DNA of 63,010 nt, the filler included. It is 6 parts of 6 records of this genome, joined end to end, with 100 filler letters (N's around TTAATTAATTAA, not from the genome) between each part and the next. Parts side by side here need not be neighbours in the genome. Positions count along the whole stretch, not along the records: positions 1 to 18,599 come from SRR31156797_21277; positions 18,700 to 29,554 come from SRR31156797_21301; 4 more parts are not named here. The stretch is one strand, 5' to 3'. Below are positions 9,678-19,769 of this stretch, in pieces. The stretch's first letter is position 1. Each line of letters opens with the position of its first letter. The translations under genes were made by a program, and so were the position numbers. Under the pieces are notes generated by a model. That model had not been told where the DNA came from. It made no database searches and was given only the letters and a program-made list of their open reading frames with translations.

Positions 9678-11426
9678 TCAGAGTGCCTTTCCGGCACTCT
9701 CAAAATCCCTGTCCATGTAAATAAGCTCATGGAGCAAGTCTGCGATACCGTCCACAGGAGCACGGACCTGTTTCATGCTGTCCCTGTCCCTGATGGTCAC
9801 GGTATTGTCCTCTGTTGTCTCGTAGTCGATGGTAACGGAATATGGTGTTCCTATCTCATCGTTTCTTCTGTAACGTCTTCCAATGGTACCGGAATCATCA
9901 TAGGATACAAGTAGTCCCTTCTGCTTCAATTGAGCTTCAATGGTCCTTGCAGGGTTGATGAGCTCTTCCCTTGTAAGGAGTGGAAGTATAGCCACCTGTA
10001 CAGGAGCTACCTCTTTTTTGAGTCTCATGACGATCCTTGCCTCATCATCTTCAGTTTCTTCCTTCCCGGCAACCATTTCCTCTTCGAAGGCATGTTCCAT
10101 TGTGGAATAGAATATCCTGTCGATACCGTATGAAGGCTCAATAACGTGAGGTATGACGTTCTCACCACTAATCTTCACTGTTTCCTCGGCAAACTCAACG
10201 ATATCTCCTGGAACTGTGAATTCTTCTCCGTCTACGGTGACAGTGATGCTGTCCTGTTCAAGATCTTCCTGGCCCAGGGATTTTAGTGCGTCTGCAACAG
10301 CCTTTGCCTTACCCTTAAAGAGTGGTCCGAGCTTGCCCATGTTAGGTTTGACCACAAACTGCGTTACCATCTTAGGTTCACTATATTCCCTGTAGATTGA
10401 GAGTTCGGTCTTGCTGACGTTTGCATGTGCCTTCAGGTCATAGTCCGTCCTGTCCGCAATACCGACAACCTCTACCCAGCCAAACCTGTCTGTCTCGATC
10501 TCAGCGTCCCAGCAATCAATTGCGTAGTGTGCCATCTCGTCCTTCATGTGCTGCCTGAATCTGAGTTTGTCTGCTGATATTCCTATGCGCTGCAAGAAGT
10601 GGTTGGTGAGTCCTATCTGGTATGCAAGGAACTCGTGTGCAATGGTTCCCTTATCAACTGCTTCGCCAAGGCTCATCTTCTCTATCTCTTCCCTTTCCTG
10701 TGCCTCTTCGGAGAAAAGATTAATCACAGTATCTGCGAACCGGTTGAAGTTAGGATGTTTCTTGTCATTAGGGTCGATGAATATCTCGGCCTCTGCCTGG
10801 GTGAATTCCCTGAGCCTTATAACGCCCTGTCTGGGTGAAATCTCATTACGGTATGATTTTCCGATCTGCGTTGCGCCGAATGGGAGCTTTTCACGGTAGA
10901 AACGCGCAAGTCTAAGGAAGTCTACAAACATTCCCTGTGCAGTTTCCGGACGTAAGTATCCCTGTCTGCCTGTTCCCGGGCCGATATTTGTCTTGAACAT
11001 GAGGTTAAACTCATATGATTCTCCAAGTTCACCTTCACATTCGGGACACCTCACATCATTCTCTTTGATCAATCTGTCAAGTTCCTCGTTGCTCAGGGTA
11101 TCTGCTATGGCTACGTACTTTTCTACAAGATGGTCTGCCCTGAATGCCTCCCCACAACTCTTACATTCGCTGAGAGGGTCTGAGAAACCGCCGACATGTC
11201 CCGATGCCACAAACACATCTTCTATGCCAATGGTCGGTGCCTCTATTTCCATGTAGCCTTCCTGGACCACATAGGTCTCACGCCATATTTGCTCTATCCT
11301 GCGTTTCAGTGTACTTCCAAGAGGTCCGTAATCATAAAATCCGGCGGTACCTCCGTAAAGTTCAAAAGAGTTCCACAAGAATCCCCGGCGTTTTGCCAGT
11401 TCTATTACCTGCTCATATTTATCCAT
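9678..11426 (-). CDS. glyS: Glycyl-tRNA synthetase (alpha2, archaeal/eukaryotic type)
   Basis: YLRPETAQG, RNEISPRQGVIRLREFTQAE, VIEPSYGIDR and IGRRYRRNDEIG. Confidence 0.97.
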   Translation of the reverse strand: MDKYEQVIELAKRRGFLWNSFELYGGTAGFYDYGPLGSTLKRRIEQIWRETYVVQEGYMEIEAPTIGIEDVFVASGHVGGFSDPLSECKSCGEAFRADHLVEKYVAIADTLSNEELDRLIKENDVRCPECEGELGESYEFNLMFKTNIGPGTGRQGYLRPETAQGMFVDFLRLARFYREKLPFGATQIGKSYRNEISPRQGVIRLREFTQAEAEIFIDPNDKKHPNFNRFADTVINLFSEEAQEREEIEKMSLGEAVDKGTIAHEFLAYQIGLTNHFLQRIGISADKLRFRQHMKDEMAHYAIDCWDAEIETDRFGWVEVVGIADRTDYDLKAHANVSKTELSIYREYSEPKMVTQFVVKPNMGKLGPLFKGKAKAVADALKSLGQEDLEQDSITVTVDGEEFTVPGDIVEFAEETVKISGENVIPHVIEPSYGIDRIFYSTMEHAFEEEMVAGKEETEDDEARIVMRLKKEVAPVQVAILPLLTREELINPARTIEAQLKQKGLLVSYDDSGTIGRRYRRNDEIGTPYSVTIDYETTEDNTVTIRDRDSMKQVRAPVDGIADLLHELIYMDRDFESAGKAL

Positions 11427-11597
11427 AGATTATCCTCTGAATTGTTAAATTAGTCTGAACTCTTCGATATGTCCATTGCATTTAATAGTAACGAAAGTAT
11501 TTGAAATAACAATGTGTGCATAAATCTTCTATTTTATGTAGGTACATGGACAAATCATGCACATTATATTTATATTAATGCACATGCATTTAGTAAT

Positions 11598-11705
11598 ACG
11601 AGTAAGGTCGAATCTCAATCAAATCATATCATATCGTACCACCACCTTATATGATTCAAATTGGTCATTTCAACACTGACCTTGCTCACTCTATCTTTTT
11701 CTCTT
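11598..11705 (+). ncRNA. Candidate small RNA (rod-like hairpin with C-rich loop)
   Basis: TATA box TTTATATT at 11569-11576; stem 11600-11609/11678-11687; inner stem 11622-11629/11649-11656; pyrimidine tract near 11695-11705; no ORF-track ORF here. Confidence 0.55.
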
Positions 11706-11860
11706 CAATTTCCATTAAATGAGCTGTAAGTAAACTCTGTAGTGGGTATGCTAACATTTACAGTTTAATGTGCTTATCCTCACAAATTTAAAAAAAGAAC
11801 TTTGTGGGGTTCAGACAAAACCCCTTTGTTTCCACTGGAACGAACAAATATATAAAGCAA

Positions 11861-12655
11861 CTACTCAGAACCGAGTGCTTCTTCTGCTGTCATTCCTTTG
11901 TGGACTATTTTTGAAATATGGGATACCAGCTTTGTAGGGTCTTCTGACTGGAAAACATTTCTTCCTATGGCAACACCTTTTCCACCGGCTTCAAGGGAAT
12001 CATAAATCATTTCAAGAAGTTGCTTTTCGGTATCCATTCTGGGTCCTCCTGCAATCACAACAGGCACAGGGCATCCTGCTACTACTTCTTTGAAGGTGTC
12101 AATGTCACCAGTGTAACTCGTCTTAACGATGTCGGCACCAAGCTCTGCACCGATCCTTGCAGCATGTTTTACGTACTCTACATCGTGTTCTGAGTCTACC
12201 TTTGGTCCCCTTGGGTACATCATAGCGAGAAGTGGTATGCCCCACTCATCGCACTTACGTGCGATATATCCCATGTCCTGAAGCATTTCTGCCTCATCAT
12301 CTGCGCCAACGTTTACGTGAACTGACACTGCATCTGCACCTATCTTGATGGCTTCTTCGACATCTGTGACGATCACCTTGTGGTTTGGATCAGGTCCAAG
12401 TGAAGTTGAGGCTGAGAGGTGAATTATAAGTCCTACATCCCTGCCGTATCCACGGTGTCCATGTTTTGGAAGTCCCATGTGTCCAAGGACTGCATTCGCC
12501 CCGCCATCTGCTACCTTGTTGACTGTAGTTGGAAGATCTATGATACCTTTTATAGGCCCTGCTCCGACTCCATGGTCCATAGGGATAATGATCGTATTCC
12601 CTGTATTGCGTTCGAAGATCCTTTCCATCCTGACAGATTTGCCTATTTCACTCAT
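11861..12655 (-). CDS. 2-amino-3,7-dideoxy-D-threo-hept-6-ulosonate (ADH) synthase, class I aldolase family
   Basis: [24 protein letters not shown] (Schiff-base Lys) and AIGRNVFQ motifs. Confidence 0.88.
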   Translation of the reverse strand: MSEIGKSVRMERIFERNTGNTIIIPMDHGVGAGPIKGIIDLPTTVNKVADGGANAVLGHMGLPKHGHRGYGRDVGLIIHLSASTSLGPDPNHKVIVTDVEEAIKIGADAVSVHVNVGADDEAEMLQDMGYIARKCDEWGIPLLAMMYPRGPKVDSEHDVEYVKHAARIGAELGADIVKTSYTGDIDTFKEVVAGCPVPVVIAGGPRMDTEKQLLEMIYDSLEAGGKGVAIGRNVFQSEDPTKLVSHISKIVHKGMTAEEALGSE

Positions 12656-12710
12656 GATTGCGTCATTGCTTTTATTCTAGATAATCCTAACGTAAAAAAG
12701 ACTACCCGTG

Positions 12711-13223
12711 TTACAGGTTCTCATGCTGGTATTTGCCACAGTATCCTTCTGTAAGTCCGCTGTGAAGGTCAAAGAATAACAGTTGCATTACCCTGGCATT
12801 TTTTTTCAATTTGAATCCGTAAGTGTTGTGTACCACAAGCATGGATTCGCTTCTGCCACGGTAGCCTGAATCCCATACTGCAGTACCAATGTTTGCTCCA
12901 CATCTGAGTAATGTTGACCTTGGTCTTGCAATGGCTGCAAGGTCAAGAGGAATGTTTACAATTTCATTGAATTTTATCTTATAAACACCCTGTTCAAGGA
13001 ATGTCCAGTCATTCTCATCAAAGTCGAGGACTTCCGTTGAGGGTGTTTCTCTTTCACTGTTGTCAAAATCGACCGCACCTGAATTGCTGAATTTCTCTAT
13101 GCTTTTCAGTGTGAGTTCAATGCTGTTTGGCTGCAGTTGGGTTTCAGTATCAACTGTATTTTCAACAAGTGGTATTTCACCGTTGATCAATTCTCTTAGC
13201 TCGTTTCTGGATAAGAGGGACAT
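12711..13223 (-). CDS. dut: Archaeal dUTPase (dCTP deaminase/dUTPase family)
   Basis: QLQPNSIELT, ARPRSTLLRCG, WDSGYRGRSE and YxGKYQ motifs. Confidence 0.85.
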   Translation of the reverse strand: MSLLSRNELRELINGEIPLVENTVDTETQLQPNSIELTLKSIEKFSNSGAVDFDNSERETPSTEVLDFDENDWTFLEQGVYKIKFNEIVNIPLDLAAIARPRSTLLRCGANIGTAVWDSGYRGRSESMLVVHNTYGFKLKKNARVMQLLFFDLHSGLTEGYCGKYQHENL

Positions 13224-13458
13224 GATCCAAGGTTTTCCTGATGGGATATATTTGTTTGCTTATTATGGATAAGCTGCTTCAACAGTTGTTATCTATACAA
13301 TGTATTATTGTAAACCGATTAGTTTATATCTGTTAGTTCCAATCTACAATGTGGTGAATTTGAGGTTGTTTCTATGTTCTCATTTCCTGTCATTTGAGGA
13401 GTGAGTCATGGAAGCATGAACTATAGTCAAAAGAGAATATGTAATAGGAGTGAATGAT

Positions 13459-13674
13459 GTGAAAAGTACGGATCTTGTAAAGTATGGGTTCAGGCCTGAA
13501 ATGATGTTTAAAGTTACCTTAAGCCCCGATGGGACTACTTACCAGAAAGAAATTTCTTTAGTATTCCCGAAATATGCCAGTGCGGACCTGCCTCACTATA
13601 AGGATGAATTCGTAGCACAGGCACAGGACAATGCACCTGATGATTGTCAGTGGCGCTTCAATATAGGGGATTGA
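13459..13674 (+). CDS. Small hypothetical protein (GTG start at 13459 or 13450)
   Basis: SD AGGAGTGA before GTG 13459; T-rich tract after the stop. Confidence 0.65.
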   Translation: MKSTDLVKYGFRPEMMFKVTLSPDGTTYQKEISLVFPKYASADLPHYKDEFVAQAQDNAPDDCQWRFNIGD

Positions 13675-13935
13675 TTTTTAGATCCTCTTCAATTTTTATT
13701 TTTGATTAAGTTCTTATTTTTTTATTTCCAAGCTGTTGGTGGCTTATTGAATTTTTTATGCATAATTGTTGCAAAAATACTATTTGTTTATCCTTATATA
13801 CTATTATCACAATTTTTATTATAGTGGTAATTGCTTTCGGTGGTAAGATATGCAACTCTTAAGAGATCATTCTGTATCCTCAAAGTTTGAAAGCCTGAGA
13901 AGTATTCTTAAAAAAGATAAAGCTGGTTGGGTCTG

Positions 13936-15852
13936 ATGACGAAAAAAGAAACATGTTCAGGTACCTGTGATGGTGTGCATTCTTTAAATACCTCAGAGGA
14001 GGATGTATTCCCTCCGACAGTATCAAATGGATTGCCAGCTGATCATGAGGTTGATGGATACCTGTGTATGTCTCTTCAGGGTCAGATACTGGATGTAAAC
14101 CAATCGTATTGTCAGCTCAGTGGCTATACGAGAAAAGAACTTCTAGGGATGAACTTAAAAGACTTGGATACAGGTGAATTCAGGGAAAGTACTGTTGATA
14201 CCATTCTTGATACTATTTATAGGAATAATGGCCGCTTTGAAGTAACTCATCGTGCAAAAGATTGCAGTTCTTTTGAACTGGAAGTGAGTGCGACATATCT
14301 GGAATATCCTGATCCGGTTATCATTTTCATAACGAAACTTATAGCAGGACGGATGCAAACAGCTGATTTTTTCATTAACAAAGGGGAATCCTATATGTCC
14401 CTTTTCAAGTATAACAAAGCCGTTATGCTGGTGATAGATCCTGTTACGTTTGACATAGTTGATGCAAATATTACAGCCTGCAACTACTATGGCTGGCCCC
14501 TGGAAGAAATCAAATGTATGCGGATTGATGAAATAAACACCCTTTCTTCTGAATCTATTCTGGCTGAAATGCAGAACGCTGTTGATGAAAAGAGGAATTA
14601 TTTCCTTTTCAAACATAAGCTTGCAAACGGAAATATTCGTGATGTTGAGGTGTACAGTGGTCCTGTAACTATGGATTCACGTAACCTCTTGTATTCCATT
14701 ATCCATGACATCACAGAACGTAAAAAGGCTGAAGATGAGCTAAAGACAAGGGAGATGCAGCTTCGTACTGCACAGAAGATAGGACAAATCGGAAGCTGGG
14801 AGATCGACTTAAGTTCAGGAAAAGTAAGTGCATCTGATGAGGCAAAAAGGATATACGGGCTTAAAAATGATAATTTAACGCTTACTGCCATACAAAAAAT
14901 ACCTCTTCCTGATTACAGGCCGATGATGAATGAGGCTTTAAAAAGTCTTATCGGGAACGGTATCTCCTACAATATTCAGTTTAAGGTAAAAAGACCAGAT
15001 GATGGTGCTATTCGTGATATTCATTCTATTGCTGAGTATTATGCCGGAAAGAATATTGTTATTGGTACCATTGAAGATGTAACTGAGCGTAAGAAGGCTG
15101 AAGATGCACTTCTGCATGCAAAAATGATTGCAGAGGCTGCAAACAAGAGCAAGGACGAGTTTCTGGCGACGATGAGCCATGAGTTGCGCACACCACTTAC
15201 ATCTGTAATAGGCTTTTCAGATGTGCTCCTTGATGAAACATTTTCTAAACTCGATGAACGACAGGCCAGATACGTATCCCATATCTCAGACGCAGGAAAG
15301 CATCTGCTGAAACTAATAAATGATGTACTGGATATCTCGAAAGTTGAGGCCGGGAAAATGGAACTTTATTGCGAAGACTTTCCTGTTCAGGATGTGATCA
15401 ATGATGTCCAGACAATGCTTTTTACCTTTGCGAAGAACAAACACATTAGCATTGATACTGAGGTGGATTCAAATGTTGGTTTTATCAATGCCGACAGGAC
15501 CAAGTTCATGCAGATTTTGTACAACCTCGGGAGTAATGCTATCAAGTTTACTGCTGAAAAAGGCTCGGTGCTTATTCATGCGAGGTGCTCGGACGAAGTT
15601 ATACTTATCAGTGTGGAAGATAATGGGGTCGGTATCTCAGATGAGGATATCGACAAGCTTTTTCATCCATTTACTCAATTGAATTCTTACCTTATGGACG
15701 ATAATAAGGGGACAGGTCTGGGGCTTGCTCTTGTAAAGAAGTTTGTGGAGCTCCATGAGGGAAGAATCTGGGTTAAAAGCAAGGTTGGTGAAGGTAGCAC
15801 TTTTACTTTTTCAATACCATTGGGTCGAAAATCTGAGAAAAAAGATATGTAA
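13936..15852 (+). CDS. Multi-PAS sensor histidine kinase
   Basis: Three PAS/PAC repeats (DITERKKAE), H-box FLATMSHELRTPL, N-box NLGSNAIKF, G-boxes DNGVG and GTGLGL; start uncertain (13927 or 13936). Confidence 0.93.
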   Translation: MTKKETCSGTCDGVHSLNTSEEDVFPPTVSNGLPADHEVDGYLCMSLQGQILDVNQSYCQLSGYTRKELLGMNLKDLDTGEFRESTVDTILDTIYRNNGRFEVTHRAKDCSSFELEVSATYLEYPDPVIIFITKLIAGRMQTADFFINKGESYMSLFKYNKAVMLVIDPVTFDIVDANITACNYYGWPLEEIKCMRIDEINTLSSESILAEMQNAVDEKRNYFLFKHKLANGNIRDVEVYSGPVTMDSRNLLYSIIHDITERKKAEDELKTREMQLRTAQKIGQIGSWEIDLSSGKVSASDEAKRIYGLKNDNLTLTAIQKIPLPDYRPMMNEALKSLIGNGISYNIQFKVKRPDDGAIRDIHSIAEYYAGKNIVIGTIEDVTERKKAEDALLHAKMIAEAANKSKDEFLATMSHELRTPLTSVIGFSDVLLDETFSKLDERQARYVSHISDAGKHLLKLINDVLDISKVEAGKMELYCEDFPVQDVINDVQTMLFTFAKNKHISIDTEVDSNVGFINADRTKFMQILYNLGSNAIKFTAEKGSVLIHARCSDEVILISVEDNGVGISDEDIDKLFHPFTQLNSYLMDDNKGTGLGLALVKKFVELHEGRIWVKSKVGEGSTFTFSIPLGRKSEKKDM

Positions 15853-15941
15853 TAATGTGGGATTATACCTATATATTGCAATCCATTTTAAGAAGGATCA
15901 GTGCAGAATTTATGTATCTGTTACTGGATTGCTACTCTATA

Positions 15942-16148
15942 TCATTGGTCGTACTTTTTTTTTAGTACTGTGTAGGTAATCAAAGCCACAACGATTGTTC
16001 CTGCAAATATACTTATCAGCGCAGTTGTTGGTGGCAGGTAAGTATATGCGATGATTGCCAGCAATGTTCCGAGGATCACTGCAGCTGGTATGAGCAAGGA
16101 GTTTTTCTTTAGTGACTGTTCATCTACGTCAAGTTTGTCCATTTTCAT
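15942..16148 (-). CDS. Small two-TM membrane protein, hypothetical
   Basis: Two hydrophobic helices and a basic C-terminus; likely start MKMDKL at 16148 rather than 16205. Confidence 0.65.
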   Translation of the reverse strand: MKMDKLDVDEQSLKKNSLLIPAAVILGTLLAIIAYTYLPPTTALISIFAGTIVVALITYTVLKKKYDQ

Positions 16149-16282
16149 CCCTTTATATGTTTTTACTATCTTCGGTAATATATATTTATTTGTATGCTCA
16201 TACACGGTATATATAGTTTTTGTTTTAAATCTTAATATTTGGACAATTGGGCTACTAGAAATAAAATAGTATCAGTTCAGTT

Positions 16283-16747
16283 CTAAAAAAATGAAAGAGA
16301 ACTGATTGTAATATATGTGAGTGTAACATATCTTGCCAGTTTCCCTATGAATACATAAAAAGAAAAAACCTTAAAGTCCAGTTTAAGTAGTCCTCCTGTG
16401 GCTGCAATAGCATCTCCTATTAATGGCAGCCAGGTAAAGAACAGTAAGAAAGCACCATATTTTGAGAACAAACTGTCTGTTTTTTGAAGTTGTTCTCTGG
16501 ATATTGAAAAGAATTTCTCTATAACGTCGCTTCGCCCTCTTAGTCCAATGTAATATGTAGTGCACGCTCCAAGATAATTACCTATGGAAGCAACCATTAT
16601 AACAGAAAATGTGTCAAATCCTCTGCTTACCAGTAACACTACGAAGGCCTCAGACCCAAGGGGGAATACAGTAGAAGCCAGAAAGCTTGCAACAAACAAA
16701 CCCAAATATGCATTTTCGTCTATTATTCCCGTAAGAAAATCTATCAT
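16283..16747 (-). CDS. YqaA/DedA (SNARE_assoc) family membrane protein
   Basis: FLASTVFPLGSE, ASIGNYLG, WLPLIGD and GKLARY motifs. Confidence 0.9.
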   Translation of the reverse strand: MIDFLTGIIDENAYLGLFVASFLASTVFPLGSEAFVVLLVSRGFDTFSVIMVASIGNYLGACTTYYIGLRGRSDVIEKFFSISREQLQKTDSLFSKYGAFLLFFTWLPLIGDAIAATGGLLKLDFKVFSFYVFIGKLARYVTLTYITISSLSFF

Positions 16748-16920
16748 TTTTGGATCCCTGGTGTTTTTGTTGAATAGAATTCAAACATATTCTTCATGAA
16801 ATTTATATAGTAACATTCTCTATATTACTATCTATTGGTAATCCATGTTATCTTTCGTACGCTGAAATAAAACAAACTAATAATGTGTATTTTACTCGGG
16901 GCATGGTGGGTAAATCAAGT

Positions 16921-18507
16921 ATGGAACATAAAGCAACGAATACAATATTGATCGTTGATGATGAAGTTTTCAATGTGCAACTTCTTGATAAGTTTCTTTC
17001 AGTCAAGTACAAGACACGTGTAGCCTACAATGGTGAAGATGCTCTTGAAATAGTAAGAACCGAAGATATTGATCTGGTTCTTCTTGACATAATGATGCCA
17101 GGATTGGATGGATTTGAAGTATGCCACAGAATTAAGTCATCCATATCAACACAATTTATTCCTGTAATCATAATCACTGCTCTCTCTGGTCGTGATGATC
17201 TGTTAAAAGGCCTGAAATCAGGCGCAGATGACTTTCTTAAAAAACCAGTTGATAGGCTTGAGGTACTTACACGTGTAAGTAACCTTCTGGAAAAAAAACA
17301 GCTATATGATGAACTGGTATCTGAAAGGGATCGGACCCAGAATTATCTTGACATTGCAGGTTCCATGATAGTCGCTTTTGACAGCAATGGACTAATAAAA
17401 CTTGCTAACAAAAAATGTTGTCATGCGCTGGGATATAACGAATCCGAGTTGATTGGCAAAAACTGGGTGGATATGATTGTTCCTTTGGAAGAACAGGAAA
17501 TAGCTTTATGCGTTTTCAGCAAGCTATTCAATGGTGATATTGATGATACTAAAGAGTTTGAAAGCACCATCCTCACAAAATCCGGTGAAAAACGGATTAT
17601 TCGCTGGAATTATAGTTTCTTTTATGATATTAGTTTGAATGATTCACAAATTATTTGTTCCGGTTCGGACGTTACTGAGGAACGATTGGCAGTCAAGAAA
17701 CTAAAATTATCAGAAGAGAGTTATCGTCTTCTTGCTGAGGAAATGTCAATGATGAATAATGAACTCAAATCCCTTGAAAGGATGAAGGACGAGTTCATTT
17801 CTAATTTGAGTCATGAGCTAAAAACTCCTCTTATTTCTATAAAGGGCTATAGTGAACTTGTCTATGATGAGGTTCTGGGCCCTCTTAACTCTAAACAGAA
17901 AACAGCGATGAAAACTGTTCTTGAAAAGTATGATAACCTGAGCTATCTCATAGATTCACTTATATACATGAGTATTGTTAAATCCGGAAAAGTAGCTTAC
18001 AGGCTGGATCCTATTAGGATAATGGACGCCCTTTCCAAGGTTATGGATTATTTTGAGTTCAGGTCACAGGCTAAGGATCTTTTACTTCTTGTTGACATTG
18101 AAGATAATTTGCCCCTTATCAGGGCAGATGTGGAATACATGCCCTATCTTTTCAGGGCTATAATTGACAATGCTATCAAGTTCAGTCCAAATGGTTCAAC
18201 TGTTCTTATCAAGGCTTTTAATGATGATGGAAATATCCATATCCTTGTGGAGGATTCCGGTATAGGGATTCCCAAGACTGAGCTGGACAAAATTTTCAGG
18301 CGTTTCTATCAGATAGATGGTTCTATATCCAGGAAATATGGTGGAAGTGGATTGGGCCTGTATGTAAGCAAGACTATAGCCGAAATACATGGTGGCAGTA
18401 TATGGATAGAAAGCGAAGAAGGTTCGGGAACTATTGTTCACGTACTTTTACCTAAGTATTCCAGTATTTCTCTTCAGGAAATAGGCAAAAGTTTGCTTTC
18501 TGAATAG
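16921..18507 (+). CDS. Hybrid REC-PAS-histidine kinase
   Basis: ILIVDDE, LLDIMMP and FLKKP receiver motifs; PAS; SHELKTPL H-box; GGSGLGL; start 16921 or 16885. Confidence 0.93.
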   Translation: MEHKATNTILIVDDEVFNVQLLDKFLSVKYKTRVAYNGEDALEIVRTEDIDLVLLDIMMPGLDGFEVCHRIKSSISTQFIPVIIITALSGRDDLLKGLKSGADDFLKKPVDRLEVLTRVSNLLEKKQLYDELVSERDRTQNYLDIAGSMIVAFDSNGLIKLANKKCCHALGYNESELIGKNWVDMIVPLEEQEIALCVFSKLFNGDIDDTKEFESTILTKSGEKRIIRWNYSFFYDISLNDSQIICSGSDVTEERLAVKKLKLSEESYRLLAEEMSMMNNELKSLERMKDEFISNLSHELKTPLISIKGYSELVYDEVLGPLNSKQKTAMKTVLEKYDNLSYLIDSLIYMSIVKSGKVAYRLDPIRIMDALSKVMDYFEFRSQAKDLLLLVDIEDNLPLIRADVEYMPYLFRAIIDNAIKFSPNGSTVLIKAFNDDGNIHILVEDSGIGIPKTELDKIFRRFYQIDGSISRKYGGSGLGLYVSKTIAEIHGGSIWIESEEGSGTIVHVLLPKYSSISLQEIGKSLLSE

Positions 18508-18599
18508 TAATATTGTGGCTCTTTCTCCGGAAAATATTTTATATCACCGGATCCCTCCCTTTCATTATGTATGCCGAAGATGTAGTCTTGCGCCTCAGA

Positions 18600-18699
18600 N
18601 NNNNNNNNNNNNNNNNNNNNNNNNNNNNNNNNNNNNNNNNNNNTTAATTAATTAANNNNNNNNNNNNNNNNNNNNNNNNNNNNNNNNNNNNNNNNNNNN
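18600..18699. other. Artificial contig spacer
   Basis: 44 N + TTAATTAATTAA (stops in all six frames) + 44 N. Confidence 0.99.
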
Positions 18700-19404
18700 C
18701 TCCTCTGGCATTCTTTCATCATCTACCATAATCAGATTACCATCTACATTTACGACAGGTCTTTCTTTAGCGAAATAAAGAGGAACAATCGGGATATTCT
18801 CTAAACGAATATATTGCCAAATATCTAACTCTGTCCAGTTAGATAATGGGAAAACACGAATTGATTCTCCTTTATGAACCATAGCATTATAATTATCCCA
18901 CAATTCAGGACGTTGGTTTTTAGGGTCCCATTGATGATATTTATCCCTAAATGAATAGATACGCTCCTTGGCTCGTGATTTTTCTTCGTCGCGTCTTGCT
19001 CCACCAAATGCAGCATCAAAGCTAAACTTATCTAATCCAGCTAATAAAGCCTGAGTTTTCATTAAATCAGTATGCACTTTACTTCCATGAGTAAAAGGGC
19101 CGACTCCTTCTTCAAATGCTTCTTTATTAAAGTGCACAATTAAATCCCAATTATGGTCTTTAGTATATGATTCCCTAAAATCGATCATTTCCTTGAATTT
19201 CCATTTTGAATCAATATGCATTAAAGGAAAGGGTACTTTTGCCGGAGCAAATGCTTTTTCTGCCAAACGAACCATTACAGAAGAATCTTTACCTATTGAA
19301 TAAAGCATCACAGGATTTTCAAATTCAGCTACAACTTCTCTAATAATATGAATAGCCTCTGCTTCTAGTTCTCTTAAGTGTGTTAAATTATAATTGGTAC
19401 TCAT
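18700..19404 (-). CDS. cysD: Sulfate adenylyltransferase subunit 2 (3' truncated by contig end)
   Basis: [38 protein letters not shown]. Confidence 0.97.
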
Positions 19405-19490
19405 TTTTTAACTTTTTAATAACTATGAAAGAGTTACTTATAACAACTAATGATATTTGAACCAAAATAGTTATTTATTTCTTATGGTTA

Positions 19491-19769
19491 TCAGGATGCT
19501 TTTTTATTTAACAATTTTTGGTCGTCTACTTCTTCAACTTTACCCAAACTATTAGCCTTATTTTCCTCAACAACTCCATACTTCGAATGATACCATGCCC
19601 TTTCATGAAAATAATACAACACAATTTTTATTACAATATCAAATCCTCCAATTGCAACACCAAAATGCATGTCTCCAGTTACAGCCCATCCTATAATAAA
19701 AGTAGTTAAAGAAGCAATGACTCTCCATGTAAAGGCTTTGGCTAAATGTCTTTTTGGTTTTATACTCAT
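19491..19769 (-). CDS. DUF2061 membrane protein
   Basis: RHLAKAFTWR...KIVLYYFHERAW signature. Confidence 0.88.
   Translation of the reverse strand: MSIKPKRHLAKAFTWRVIASLTTFIIGWAVTGDMHFGVAIGGFDIVIKIVLYYFHERAWYHSKYGVVEENKANSLGKVEEVDDQKLLNKKAS

Noticed and set aside
7310-18507. TAG stops (hef, ADH synthase, YqaA, hybrid kinase) as pyrrolysine read-through sites
   Set aside because: Each protein is already full length at the TAG, with no recognisable domain beyond it; the kinase TAG is followed immediately by TAA.
18567-18599. Possible leaderless gene start MYAEDVVLRLR after a TATA box
   Set aside because: Only 11 codons before the contig end; cannot be assigned.
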